64,000 nucleotides of DNA, from contig CAYXJN010000003.1 in the NCBI GenBank assembly GCA_964464605.1, forward strand, positions 62,001 through 126,000. The letters are read 5' to 3'. This DNA comes from an uncultured Ignavibacteriales bacterium (GTDB lineage Bacteria; Zixibacteria; MSB-5A5; GN15; FEB-12). Positions 10,698 through 19,908 of this stretch are shown here, piece by piece (the stretch's first letter is position 1; the number at the start of each line of letters is the position of its first letter). The notes beneath the pieces are model-generated. The model searched no databases. It saw only the letters and a program-made list of their open reading frames with translations, and was not told the origin of the DNA. The position numbers were made by a program, and so were the translations under genes.

Positions 10698-10766
10698 TTT
10701 TTCGGCACGATCACGCATGTGGTCATGCTTATTAAACGTTTCGGCTAAAAAGCCGGAAATCATAGT
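10691..10766 (+). promoter_or_regulatory. Long-range RNA stem overlapping the upstream stop codon, with a competing hairpin
   Basis: ACTATGATTTTTCGGC (10691-10706) is complementary to GCCGGAAATCATAGT (10752-10766); alternative hairpin TTCGGCT-AAAA-AGCCGGA at about 10740-10757. Confidence 0.55.
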
Positions 10767-10790
10767 AACAAAAAAAGAATGGAGTATTCT

Positions 10791-11111
10791 ATGCTGTTAA
10801 AAAGCATGTTTAGGAATATGACCGCGTTTTTGGCTTTAACTTTTGCCATTGGCGCTGTCTCCCTTGTTGCCAGCGATTCACAAACAGTTCCCCCGGCTAA
10901 CTGTGCGGTTGCCTGCACCTCATCCGGCACAGCCTGCATGGCCGATAATGCCGGCGCTGTTTCTTGCCTGAATGCGTCCGGAGCGACCGGTACCTGCTCA
11001 GTTGCTGCGTGTCAACCCTGCCCGGAAGGACCGGAGTGCGAAAAGTGCTGCTGTCCTCGTTCGGTATGCGCCGCAATGGGAGCATCCGTACAATGTGGAA
11101 ATACGTTGTAA
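10791..11111 (+). CDS. Small secreted Cys-rich (metallothionein-like composition) protein
   Basis: GGAG SD before ATG 10791 (alternative 10779), signal-like segment, 13 Cys incl. CQPC and CEKCCC. Confidence 0.7.
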   Translation: MLLKSMFRNMTAFLALTFAIGAVSLVASDSQTVPPANCAVACTSSGTACMADNAGAVSCLNASGATGTCSVAACQPCPEGPECEKCCCPRSVCAAMGASVQCGNTL

Positions 11112-11142
11112 GAGTAAAAATAGCTCTCAATTGAGCTAAAAC

Positions 11143-11172
11143 GCACGGGCTGTACATCGTACGGCCCGTGTT
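11143..11172. terminator. Hairpin between convergent genes (likely terminator)
   Basis: CACGGGCTGTAC-ATC-GTACGGCCCGTG followed by TTTATTTT. Confidence 0.7.
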
Positions 11173-12554
11173 TATTTTGTGGTGAGAATATTTCCGGATA
11201 CGAGACTTGTAGATAAGATTACCGATTGCACTGCTGCCGCCAGTTTTTTTAGATTCGCAGGTTCAAGTGAGTTTGGGCTTGTTACCGGATCAATAACGTT
11301 CCCTTCAAATGAATTCTCCAAGATATACCGCTCAAACTGGCCGGTATCTCCGATTTGCTGCGGAATCAACTCATGAATACTCGTACAGCGCTGTAAATCA
11401 GTCAGAGTAACATGTCGGCAGTGCGGAATTCGGTTGAAATACATCGATGCAAAGGTAATCGCCGGTTTTTTTAAAAGGGCAGCTTCATAGGCGACCGTAC
11501 CAGAAACCGTAACAACAAGACGGCAGTGCCGGATCAGACTATGCGAATCAGCTTTTTCATTTACCAAAACGATTCCGGGGTAACGGAGTAAACCTTTGTA
11601 AAAATCGATTCCCCTGTCCCCCAGCGCATTGGTATGCTCCTTAATTACCAACAACCAATCATCCGGCAGAACCCGCCAGATATTCAGGATATTTTGATAT
11701 TGATCATCGTAGTAGCGGCCGAGCACATCGACTGATGACTCCGGCTGTTTATGCAGGGCAAGAAAGACAAACGGGTGCTTTTCGATCTCTTCCATCGGCG
11801 TCCGCTGCAACAGACGGTAGCTTTCCCGGTTCATTTCCTCTTTCGCCCGTACAGAGAGTCGTTTCCAGTTATTGTCGATATGCGTCGGGTCGGTTTCTAA
11901 AATATTTTCACGAGTGAAAAAACGTTTCAGTTTCGCAAGACGGCCGCGGACTGTTCCACGTTTTTGCATTATGGCATCGTTGATTTCCAGGTAATCCGGT
12001 TTTTCGACAACAATTTCCCGCTGCAACAGAACCGCCTGATCCCGCCGATGCGTAATTTCAACAATCCTGTCCTGTTCTTCTCCCAGAAAAAATGCAAAAC
12101 GTCCGTTGGGAATACGAACCACTTCCGGCTTCAAATAGATGCACCCTAACTCCTGTTTTTGTTCGACGATACGCTGAATCAGAATTTCATGCGCCCAGGT
12201 TATTTCTCCGAACAGATGGGATATCCGGTTTTTTGCAAGAAAATCATAAATCGGTTTTTGGATATTCACCAAATAGCGAATGCCCTCTTCCGGTGTATGC
12301 ATGAGCGCGCGATCACCGTAAATAAGCTCATTGAGTTTGTATTCACCGATTTTTTCCGAAGGGATATCGGCGAAGGTCTTGTTCAGATGCAGAATGGAAT
12401 CAGCCGGGTATCGCTTTAATAACTCATCATAAATACGGTCATTGACCGTTATCCAGAATGATTGGTATTCAGAATTAGGCAGATATTGCGCGATACCGTC
12501 AAACAACCATGTTTTCGAATAATTGGAGACAAAGCAGATATTATTTACGGACAT
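11172..12554 (-). CDS. Capsule-synthesis/KpsS-like glycosyltransferase (candidate ulosonic-acid transferase)
   Basis: LHKQPESS, VIKEH and VVTVSGTVAYEAALLKKP motifs; last gene of the nonulosonate operon. Confidence 0.65.
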   Translation of the reverse strand: MSVNNICFVSNYSKTWLFDGIAQYLPNSEYQSFWITVNDRIYDELLKRYPADSILHLNKTFADIPSEKIGEYKLNELIYGDRALMHTPEEGIRYLVNIQKPIYDFLAKNRISHLFGEITWAHEILIQRIVEQKQELGCIYLKPEVVRIPNGRFAFFLGEEQDRIVEITHRRDQAVLLQREIVVEKPDYLEINDAIMQKRGTVRGRLAKLKRFFTRENILETDPTHIDNNWKRLSVRAKEEMNRESYRLLQRTPMEEIEKHPFVFLALHKQPESSVDVLGRYYDDQYQNILNIWRVLPDDWLLVIKEHTNALGDRGIDFYKGLLRYPGIVLVNEKADSHSLIRHCRLVVTVSGTVAYEAALLKKPAITFASMYFNRIPHCRHVTLTDLQRCTSIHELIPQQIGDTGQFERYILENSFEGNVIDPVTSPNSLEPANLKKLAAAVQSVILSTSLVSGNILTTK

Positions 12555-13263
12555 AGTTCCCTGTTCCTGTTTTCAAAAGATGCGCCGACTCGGAGTAGTC
12601 AGGAAGATCAGCTTTGCGTATAAGCCCGGATGAAATATAAAAGCCGGATTCACTAATCGACTTTGACACCACGGTTCCGGCGCCGATGGACACCCGATTG
12701 CAGATTCTCACTCCCTGAATAATGATCGAGCGCGACCCGATATAGACATCATTGCCGACAAACACCGGTGCCTGCACTTTGATATGGTTGATATCGAAAC
12801 CGTGCGTCCAGACTTCACAGGCGTTACCGCCGAAAGTTACGTTTTCTCCAATGGTAATACTGTCAGATAAATCGAAGGAATGCCCGATCGTGATAATACT
12901 GTCTTTCCCGATACGGATATTCTCTTCGTCTTTAAACGGTGCATCAAATCCGCGCGTACCAACAAAGGAGTTGCGGGAGCGAATAGTAACATTCGGACCG
13001 ATTTCGACAGCGTTGACGTACAAAAATTTGTTCATCCGGATAACCTGCGACCGGGTTTCAAGCGAAAATGACCGGCAGGCGATGTAATTAAAAAAACCGA
13101 CCCGCCCGCTTTCGATACGGCACTGTTCGCAGCGGATAATAGAGCCAAATCCTATTTCCGAGTTCCAGCTAATCTGGTACCCGCATAAGATTCGATACAA
13201 CAAAATCCGCAGCGCGCTAAACGGCAGAACTGCTATGAGAGCGGTGAGCCATAGTGGACGCAT
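12541..13263 (-). CDS. Hexapeptide-repeat (left-handed beta-helix) acyltransferase
   Basis: IRIGKDS, ITIGENV, VGNDVYIGSRSIIIQGVRI..IGAGTVV repeats. Confidence 0.8.
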   Translation of the reverse strand: MRPLWLTALIAVLPFSALRILLYRILCGYQISWNSEIGFGSIIRCEQCRIESGRVGFFNYIACRSFSLETRSQVIRMNKFLYVNAVEIGPNVTIRSRNSFVGTRGFDAPFKDEENIRIGKDSIITIGHSFDLSDSITIGENVTFGGNACEVWTHGFDINHIKVQAPVFVGNDVYIGSRSIIIQGVRICNRVSIGAGTVVSKSISESGFYISSGLIRKADLPDYSESAHLLKTGTGNYVRK

Positions 13264-14467
13264 CCGTGCCAATAATTCTCCATAATGCTATAACGACTAA
13301 TACCAAATTTACGCTTATGCTAACCGCCATCGCCGTCGCAATGCGCGTGAGTGGTTCAAACGGCAATGAAAACAGAAGCGTGAAATAGATAGCCGAGGCT
13401 ATCACAGCAAAAACTAAAATCAGCATATTCTTATTCAGTTTGTTCAAATACATTTCCAAATATGCTCCAAAACACCAGAGCACAGTAAAGGCAACCAGTA
13501 GTAACCCGGGAACGGTGAATAACGAAAATGGCTGACCGGTCACAAATTCTAACACATAGGGAGCGATAAACACTAAACCGATACTCCCGACAATCATGAC
13601 CGAATAGGTCAACAGATGCTTGGCGTTAATAGTCCGGTTAGTATCGACAAAAATCCCTTTCGACAAATAGCCGACGGCCGATGAATGCGCTAATTGAATT
13701 ATCATCGCCAGCCGCTGGGTAAACGAAAGCGTGTACATATCCATATCGCTTAGGTAGTTCCTCGCATAAATTTTACCATAATTGGTGACAAACATGAACA
13801 TAAAAACGGTGAGTGTTACCGGCCAGGTATACCGCCAGGCGGCAATCAGATATGCCTTCGCATCTTCCCATGACAACTGTTTCCATGCCTGTATTCCCCC
13901 GAACAGCATCGCCGCCACCAAAGCTGCCTGACCTAAGAAAAAGAGAGGCAGTGCCGCTTCCGGAAACAGGTAATTCGCGCTCAAAAGCAGGATAATTGAG
14001 GTGATATTAACGGCATATGACGCGATAAAAATGCGGGAGGGGCGGTCAATCAGCCGGTACTGGATTGCCAAATACCAGAGCGCATAGGAAAACAGTGTTC
14101 GTATTCCGACAAAAAAAAGCGTTCCGCTCATCGACATATCGACAAGCCAGTAAATAGCAGTGCCGACTATTCCGATTACGGCATAGATAAGAAACTGTAA
14201 TAGAAAGCAGCGCTGCACACGAAGCAGGAGCGCGTCACGGTCTTTCGCTTCTTTGTATGCATACAGAAAGTAAGTAACTAAGCCGCCTTCGATAGCGATA
14301 ACCAAAATCGCTGCGATAGAGTAGATATATTCGATTTCTGTGTAGAACAGTTTGTCTTTGCAGACATAAAGAACTAACAGCGGAATCAAAAAGGTCAGCA
14401 GCTTGTCGCCGTAGTTAAGCAGCGTGTAGGTTATCAGCCCCGAATGTCGTTTCAGAAGCGCCTTGAT
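13217..14467 (-). CDS. Wzx-like polysaccharide/oligosaccharide flippase
   Basis: Many hydrophobic helices, inside a glycan operon; the frame extends upstream of TTG 14389 to an ATC at 14467 preceded by GGAG. Confidence 0.7.
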   Translation of the reverse strand: MKALLKRHSGLITYTLLNYGDKLLTFLIPLLVLYVCKDKLFYTEIEYIYSIAAILVIAIEGGLVTYFLYAYKEAKDRDALLLRVQRCFLLQFLIYAVIGIVGTAIYWLVDMSMSGTLFFVGIRTLFSYALWYLAIQYRLIDRPSRIFIASYAVNITSIILLLSANYLFPEAALPLFFLGQAALVAAMLFGGIQAWKQLSWEDAKAYLIAAWRYTWPVTLTVFMFMFVTNYGKIYARNYLSDMDMYTLSFTQRLAMIIQLAHSSAVGYLSKGIFVDTNRTINAKHLLTYSVMIVGSIGLVFIAPYVLEFVTGQPFSLFTVPGLLLVAFTVLWCFGAYLEMYLNKLNKNMLILVFAVIASAIYFTLLFSLPFEPLTRIATAMAVSISVNLVLVVIALWRIIGTDASTMAHRSHSSSAV

Positions 14468-14469
14468 AC

Positions 14470-15585
14470 CTAACTCCGTTTCAGAGAATGATCCGCATGA
14501 TTCATCGCCATCATTTGCTCAACTACCCGCTCTGTTCCCAGCCCATCGACATACTGCAAACAACGTTCAGACATTTCGCGGACGTCGTCAGGATTGTTCA
14601 TACATGAGAGCAGTGTATTGCATATTTGCTGCGGCGTTATCTCTGCATGATTACCGAGCGAAATCCCCAAATCAAAATACGCTAATCCATCGGCTACATC
14701 CTGCTGGTTATCGGCTAAGACTGCTACGATAGAGGGCACACCAAGGCAGCAGCGCTCCCATGATGTTGTCCCCGCCGCACCGATAGCGAAGTCCGCAGTT
14801 GAGAGCAGTTCCGACATCCTACTTACCTGTGTATGTAACTGAACATTCGGAAGTTTTTTGGTCATTTGCTCCAGCGCTTGACGCTCCGGATTCGCGCTGC
14901 CGATAACTATATCGAATTGGATATGCCTAAAAGCGGTATCACTGATCGCCTCAATTGTTTTAGTGGTCATATTGACTAAATCAGCTCCTCCGAAAAAGAC
15001 AAAAACACGTTTTATATTCCCATCTCGTTTTCGCAAATGCTGACGAGCTTCTTTGAATTCCGGACGTAACAACGCAAACTCCGGTCCCAACAATTCTGTC
15101 GCTGATTCAGGCAGAAGCCCATCGTATCGAGTTGACATATTGTGATACAAATTTTGATCGAGCAGTAAATCGCAGTCTTGCGCCCGGTTCGCTAAATCAT
15201 CGATAACGAACAGATGTTCTGAATAATTCCGCAAAGCCGCCTGCCATGTTCTATCTAATGCATAATGATCAATGACTAACCAATCCAGTGTTTGCGGTAA
15301 CTGCTTGAGGAGAACAATAGTCTGTTCCGCATCAGTTTGCTGGGTCGTCCCCAGCCAATCGGCATAGGTAGATTCGGTCGATTTTTCTTTGTTACTTACT
15401 GACGGAAGCAAGTGAACTTCATACCCACGCTGTCTGACTAAAGCCAGGAAACTAGCTTCATGGTCGCGCATAATAAACATGCACCCCATGCCCTGCGAAC
15501 GAAGTGCATCGGCCAATGTCAGGCATCGCATCAGATGCCCGGTTCCGATCAATGGTGATGCATCCGTCCGAATACCTACGTTCAT
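14470..15585 (-). CDS. pseG: UDP-2,4-diacetamido-2,4,6-trideoxy-beta-L-altropyranose hydrolase
   Basis: IRTDAS..IGTGHLMRCLTLA, WLVIDHY, VIDDLANR, DLLLDQN, FGGAD, AAGTTSWERCCLG. Confidence 0.88.
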   Translation of the reverse strand: MNVGIRTDASPLIGTGHLMRCLTLADALRSQGMGCMFIMRDHEASFLALVRQRGYEVHLLPSVSNKEKSTESTYADWLGTTQQTDAEQTIVLLKQLPQTLDWLVIDHYALDRTWQAALRNYSEHLFVIDDLANRAQDCDLLLDQNLYHNMSTRYDGLLPESATELLGPEFALLRPEFKEARQHLRKRDGNIKRVFVFFGGADLVNMTTKTIEAISDTAFRHIQFDIVIGSANPERQALEQMTKKLPNVQLHTQVSRMSELLSTADFAIGAAGTTSWERCCLGVPSIVAVLADNQQDVADGLAYFDLGISLGNHAEITPQQICNTLLSCMNNPDDVREMSERCLQYVDGLGTERVVEQMMAMNHADHSLKRS

Positions 15586-15591
15586 AGCCTA

Positions 15592-16932
15592 TTAATTCAG
15601 TCTCTTAAAACCGGCGACCGATGGTTTCCCGCGCAGTGCAGACTTCAACTGGCCGAGCGTAATCTGTTCGGAAACTTCACCAAAGGCTCGGTCCGCCGCT
15701 TCCAAATAGCGGTCGACATTCTGCTCAGTATGTGCGAACATCGGATAAAACGAGGTCGACGCCAAAATTCCGCGCTCCAGCATACACTGCACAAAAAGCG
15801 CTTTCATCGACAGGCTGTCCTCATGCAAAAACCCGAAATGACTGAGCGGCGCAATACCGCCGACATCAAGTTTGAGCCCATGCTGTTTTCCCAATTCCGT
15901 CCAGCCTTGCTGAATTTTGGTCCCGATAGCATTCAAATGCTCAGCAACAGAGCAATCATTATGTTTGCGGATAGTCGCCAGCGCTGCTGTCGGACCGATT
16001 CGCTCTGTCCAGTTCGTACTTGAAATGAACGTTGACTGCGCCGCATCCATAACCGAACCGCGACCGATAATGGCCGACATCGCATAGCCATTCGCAATTC
16101 CTTTTGAAAAGACGGCAATATCGGGCGTAATACCGAAAGTCAAATGCGCCCCTCCGGTGCAAAGACGGAATCCTGCGGAAATTTCATCAATAACCAGTAC
16201 TGCGCCGACCGAACGGGTTAGTTTTGTTACTGAATCCCAGAATCCGGGTTCGGGGGAATCATTGCGAATCGGTTCCATCACTACTGCGGCTAAATTGGAA
16301 CCATGCTCCGAAACAATTTTCTGTAATTCTTCGATATGGTTAAACCGGAACGGATATGATGTCCCTTTCAATGATTTCGGCACTCCGTTCGGCTCTAATC
16401 CTGCTATCAAATGCTCACCGAGTGCATTTTCTGTTCCGAGATTAGCCGATAAATACCAGTCATGCCAGCCGTGGTAACCACAGAATGCGACTACATCTTT
16501 GCCGGTATGCGCGCGGGCGATTCGCACCGCTATTGCCATCGCTTCTCCACCAGAGCGGGCATAGCGAACTTTTTCCGCCCACGGGTGCAAATGACAAAGC
16601 AAATCAGCCAGTTCAACTTCTTCCGGGCAGTTAAGGGTTGTGCTCACTCCTTGCTGTACCGCTTGAATAACGGCACGGTCGACATCCGGATCGGCATATC
16701 CTAAGATATTGGCGCCGATTCCGCTCATACTCATGTCGAGATATTTGTTGCCATCCATATCCCACACATCCGCACCCTTCGCCGCCCGGTAATACCCCGG
16801 CCATACGCCGTAGGAATACAAATCGGGTCGCTTGGAAAGCAGTTGGGTCATGCCGGGAATACGTTTTCGCGCCCGTTCCTGTAACGCTAAACTGTCAGGA
16901 GTTTCGATTTCCGTTTTTGTGCGAAAGGTCAT
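15592..16932 (-). CDS. Class-III PLP aminotransferase (glutamate-1-semialdehyde aminomutase-like)
   Basis: VWDMDGNKYLD, SGGEAM, GYHGWHDW, IDEISAGFR, FSKGIANG. Confidence 0.85.
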   Translation of the reverse strand: MTFRTKTEIETPDSLALQERARKRIPGMTQLLSKRPDLYSYGVWPGYYRAAKGADVWDMDGNKYLDMSMSGIGANILGYADPDVDRAVIQAVQQGVSTTLNCPEEVELADLLCHLHPWAEKVRYARSGGEAMAIAVRIARAHTGKDVVAFCGYHGWHDWYLSANLGTENALGEHLIAGLEPNGVPKSLKGTSYPFRFNHIEELQKIVSEHGSNLAAVVMEPIRNDSPEPGFWDSVTKLTRSVGAVLVIDEISAGFRLCTGGAHLTFGITPDIAVFSKGIANGYAMSAIIGRGSVMDAAQSTFISSTNWTERIGPTAALATIRKHNDCSVAEHLNAIGTKIQQGWTELGKQHGLKLDVGGIAPLSHFGFLHEDSLSMKALFVQCMLERGILASTSFYPMFAHTEQNVDRYLEAADRAFGEVSEQITLGQLKSALRGKPSVAGFKRLN

Positions 16933-17693
16933 ATCTGCTCCGTTTTTTCCGAGGCTTGCAATTCTTTTGTCAGCGCTTCATTGCGCATAAAGCCGTCATT
17001 TATTTTTTCAATTTCCGGGTGCTGTTTGATAAAATTGAGAATATCGGAAAATCCGAACGCCGGATTCTTCGGATAGAGAGATTCATAGATTTCGGTCACG
17101 ACCGCCAAATCTTCTGCCCGGTCGACTGTCCAGCGCATACGGGAGAGATCTTTCGACGCAGTGACATTTCCTAATTTGAACCGTTCCGGCTGCTGCCACA
17201 TAAACGGTGTCACATGTTCCCGTTCATATTGCTTGGCCGCCTCTTTCCATGCCTGTTCTAAAACTGAGAACTTAAACACTTCCACGTCTAACCCATCCGG
17301 AAAGGTCGGCGGTCGACAATTGCTGGTGTAATCAAACCCGTTTTTTAAATGATGCACCACGACCTGATCGATAATCGCCGGATCAGCCAGCGGACAATCT
17401 CCCGTCAACCGAACGACATGATTCGGTTGATAAGGCTTCGCGGCGGTGTAAAAACGGTCGAGAACGTCGTTGAGACTTCCGCGATGACATGCTATTCCCT
17501 CATTCGTACATAACTCTGCAATCGGGTTATCGGAAAGTTCGCTACTGGTTGCCACCAGAATAGTGTCTAACTGCCCGGCACGGCGAACCCGCTCGATATG
17601 CAGAGAAAGCATCGGACGCCCCAGAATCGGCTTCAAAACTTTTCCCGGTAAGCGCGTTGAGGACATCCGTGCCTGAAGAATCGCCAATACCAT
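16929..17693 (-). CDS. spsF: SpsF-like cytidylyltransferase-family protein (PseF functional candidate)
   Basis: AILQARMSSTRLPGKVL, RGSLNDVLDRF, VRLTGDCP, EREHVTP, RWTVD. Confidence 0.85.
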   Translation of the reverse strand: MVLAILQARMSSTRLPGKVLKPILGRPMLSLHIERVRRAGQLDTILVATSSELSDNPIAELCTNEGIACHRGSLNDVLDRFYTAAKPYQPNHVVRLTGDCPLADPAIIDQVVVHHLKNGFDYTSNCRPPTFPDGLDVEVFKFSVLEQAWKEAAKQYEREHVTPFMWQQPERFKLGNVTASKDLSRMRWTVDRAEDLAVVTEIYESLYPKNPAFGFSDILNFIKQHPEIEKINDGFMRNEALTKELQASEKTEQI

Positions 17694-17697
17694 CGCT

Positions 17698-18636
17698 TCA
17701 GACCCTTTCGTACAATTCCCGATGCATTATCTGCCAACGGGATGGATTCAAAAACAACTCATCAGCAAGCGCACAGTCGGAATAATCGATTTTATTTTGC
17801 GGTAGATTCCGGTAAGCGGTGCATACTTCCTGTAGTTCCTGCGCCGATGTTACTCCAACGATAACAGCGTCGATACAATCATGCTGAAGGACCGCATGCA
17901 GCGCTCCCTCTATTAATGTTTCATCATGATCCCGAATAAACGAGCGTACTTTTTCCAAATGCGGCCGGATCGGCGTAAAAAATGCATCTAACTGCTCAGG
18001 GGGCATGAGTAGTAACCCCTGAAGAAAAATAGAGCGGGCATGGATTTCGACACCGGCATCATGCAAATCATGCAGAAGTCCGCTGCTCAACAACCGTTGA
18101 TCCAAAATCCCGACCGGCGCCTGAATGATATCCGGCGTGAACACACCGAGTACCTTCTCCAGTGTTACCCGGTTGTAAACCGAAACACCGATTTTTTCTA
18201 CTTGCTTGTCTTGTTGCGCTTTTTGCAGCATCTCTATTAAACCTGCCCCCGCCGGGGTAAACAGATCGGCAGCGGCGTGCACCAATAGCGCATAGACAGA
18301 ATGCTGCTTGAGCCGTTTAAGCGAGGAAACAAAGGTGTCGAAAATCGTCCGCACCTGTTTCGTTGTGGTAAGCGGCTCTTTGGGTGAGATCGTTTTGGTA
18401 ATAACATGAAAGTGATGTTTCTCACCCAAAAGTTCACCAAGTATCTGCTCGCTTTCGCCGTACATGGCGGCGGTATCAATAAGTTCGATCCCATTTTGCG
18501 TTGCCAACTGCAGAATCCGCTGCGATTCTGTCTTATCAATTTGTCCTCGAGTATTCGATATACCATACGGCATACCAAACTGCGCTGTTCCCAGACCAAT
18601 TCTATTCAGGCGGCTGCCCTCCGCACGATTGTTCAT
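17698..18636 (-). CDS. Aldo/keto reductase
   Basis: GLGTAQFG..YG, IDTAAMYGESE, IGVSVY, HARSIFLQGLL. Confidence 0.88.
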   Translation of the reverse strand: MNNRAEGSRLNRIGLGTAQFGMPYGISNTRGQIDKTESQRILQLATQNGIELIDTAAMYGESEQILGELLGEKHHFHVITKTISPKEPLTTTKQVRTIFDTFVSSLKRLKQHSVYALLVHAAADLFTPAGAGLIEMLQKAQQDKQVEKIGVSVYNRVTLEKVLGVFTPDIIQAPVGILDQRLLSSGLLHDLHDAGVEIHARSIFLQGLLLMPPEQLDAFFTPIRPHLEKVRSFIRDHDETLIEGALHAVLQHDCIDAVIVGVTSAQELQEVCTAYRNLPQNKIDYSDCALADELFLNPSRWQIMHRELYERV

Positions 18637-18651
18637 GTTGTCTATCGTTTC

Positions 18652-19878
18652 CTAACGGCTTAGAACGCTATGAAGTGTTTCCACTACTCGTTCGATATCT
18701 TCAAACGTCAAATCCGGATACATCGGCAAACTTAATGCCTGTCGGTAAAACGCCAGCGCCTGCGGGTATTGCTCGGCTGCAAATCCCAGTTTTTGATAAT
18801 ACGGCTGCATAGGAATCGGTATATAGTGCACCTGTGTACCGATTCCTTCCGCCTTGAGACTGCTCATCACGTCGGCGCGGGAGATATGTTGCTTTTCAAA
18901 ATCGATCTGGACGATAAACAGATGCCAGGCATTTGTGCCGCAATTGTTGGATCGCAGCGGTTTTACGCGGGAGTCGGGAAAATATTCCGCGAGTAATTTC
19001 TGGTACTGAACAGCAAGCTGACGGCGTGTCGCCAACGAACGCGGTAGTTTCTGCATCTGCGAACTTCCCAATGCCGCCTGTAAATCAGTCATCCGGTAAT
19101 TAAAGCCAAGCTCTTTCATTTCGTAGTACCACGGATTTATTGCGCCGGAAGCATCTTTGGCTTCCTGTGTGTTCACAAAGGATTCCCGTTCGATGCCGTG
19201 TGTTCGCAGCATCGAAGCACGACGCATCAGTGTTTCATCATACATCGCCAGCGCTCCTCCTTCACCGGTTGCAACATGTTTGACCGGATGAAAGGAAAAA
19301 ACCGAGATATCACTGTATTGATTACCGCCGATAAACAGCTCTTTGCCGTTATCGCTCAGTGTTGCGCCTAAGGCGTGACAGGCATCATCGACAACAAAGG
19401 CGCCATGCGCTTTTGCCATTTGATACATCTGCTTCAAATCGACGGGCTGACCGGCCAAATGCACGGGAATAACAGCTCTGATTTTTCTTTGGGTATCGTT
19501 TGCGAAAAGGCGCTGCAAAGATTCGATGCTCATCAACCCGGTGCCGGCATCAATATCAGCAAACAGTACTTCCGCGCCGACATACCGGACGCAATTGGCC
19601 GAAGCTGCAAACGAGATTGGGCTGGTGACGACGATATCCCCTGATTTGATACCGAGCGTGAGCATCGCCAAATGCAGCGCCGCCGTTCCGCTCGAACACG
19701 CACAGACATGCTGCGCACCGATAAAATTCGCAACTGAATGCTCAAACGCAGGTACTGCCGGTCCCTGGGTAAGCCAGTCCGACTGCAAAGCGGCAATAAC
19801 AGCCGAAACATCGGCATCATCGATACGTTGCCTACCATACGGTAAAAACTGAACTGGGCGCGGACGAATAGCTTTCAT
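18652..19878 (-). CDS. pseC: UDP-4-amino-4,6-dideoxy-N-acetyl-beta-L-altrosamine transaminase
   Basis: LPYGRQ..DWLTQGP, DDACHALG, FSFHPVKH..GEGG, LGFNYR, QVHYIP. Confidence 0.92.
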   Translation of the reverse strand: MKAIRPRPVQFLPYGRQRIDDADVSAVIAALQSDWLTQGPAVPAFEHSVANFIGAQHVCACSSGTAALHLAMLTLGIKSGDIVVTSPISFAASANCVRYVGAEVLFADIDAGTGLMSIESLQRLFANDTQRKIRAVIPVHLAGQPVDLKQMYQMAKAHGAFVVDDACHALGATLSDNGKELFIGGNQYSDISVFSFHPVKHVATGEGGALAMYDETLMRRASMLRTHGIERESFVNTQEAKDASGAINPWYYEMKELGFNYRMTDLQAALGSSQMQKLPRSLATRRQLAVQYQKLLAEYFPDSRVKPLRSNNCGTNAWHLFIVQIDFEKQHISRADVMSSLKAEGIGTQVHYIPIPMQPYYQKLGFAAEQYPQALAFYRQALSLPMYPDLTFEDIERVVETLHSVLSR

Positions 19879-19908
19879 ACGGCTATCGCATTCATGCTAT
19901 TTGGTAGC

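Noticed and set aside
10695..10748. TGA followed by a hairpin as a selenocysteine/SECIS readthrough
   Set aside because: Readthrough adds only 16 unremarkable residues, there is no redox-motif context, and ILRL is a plausible natural C-terminus.
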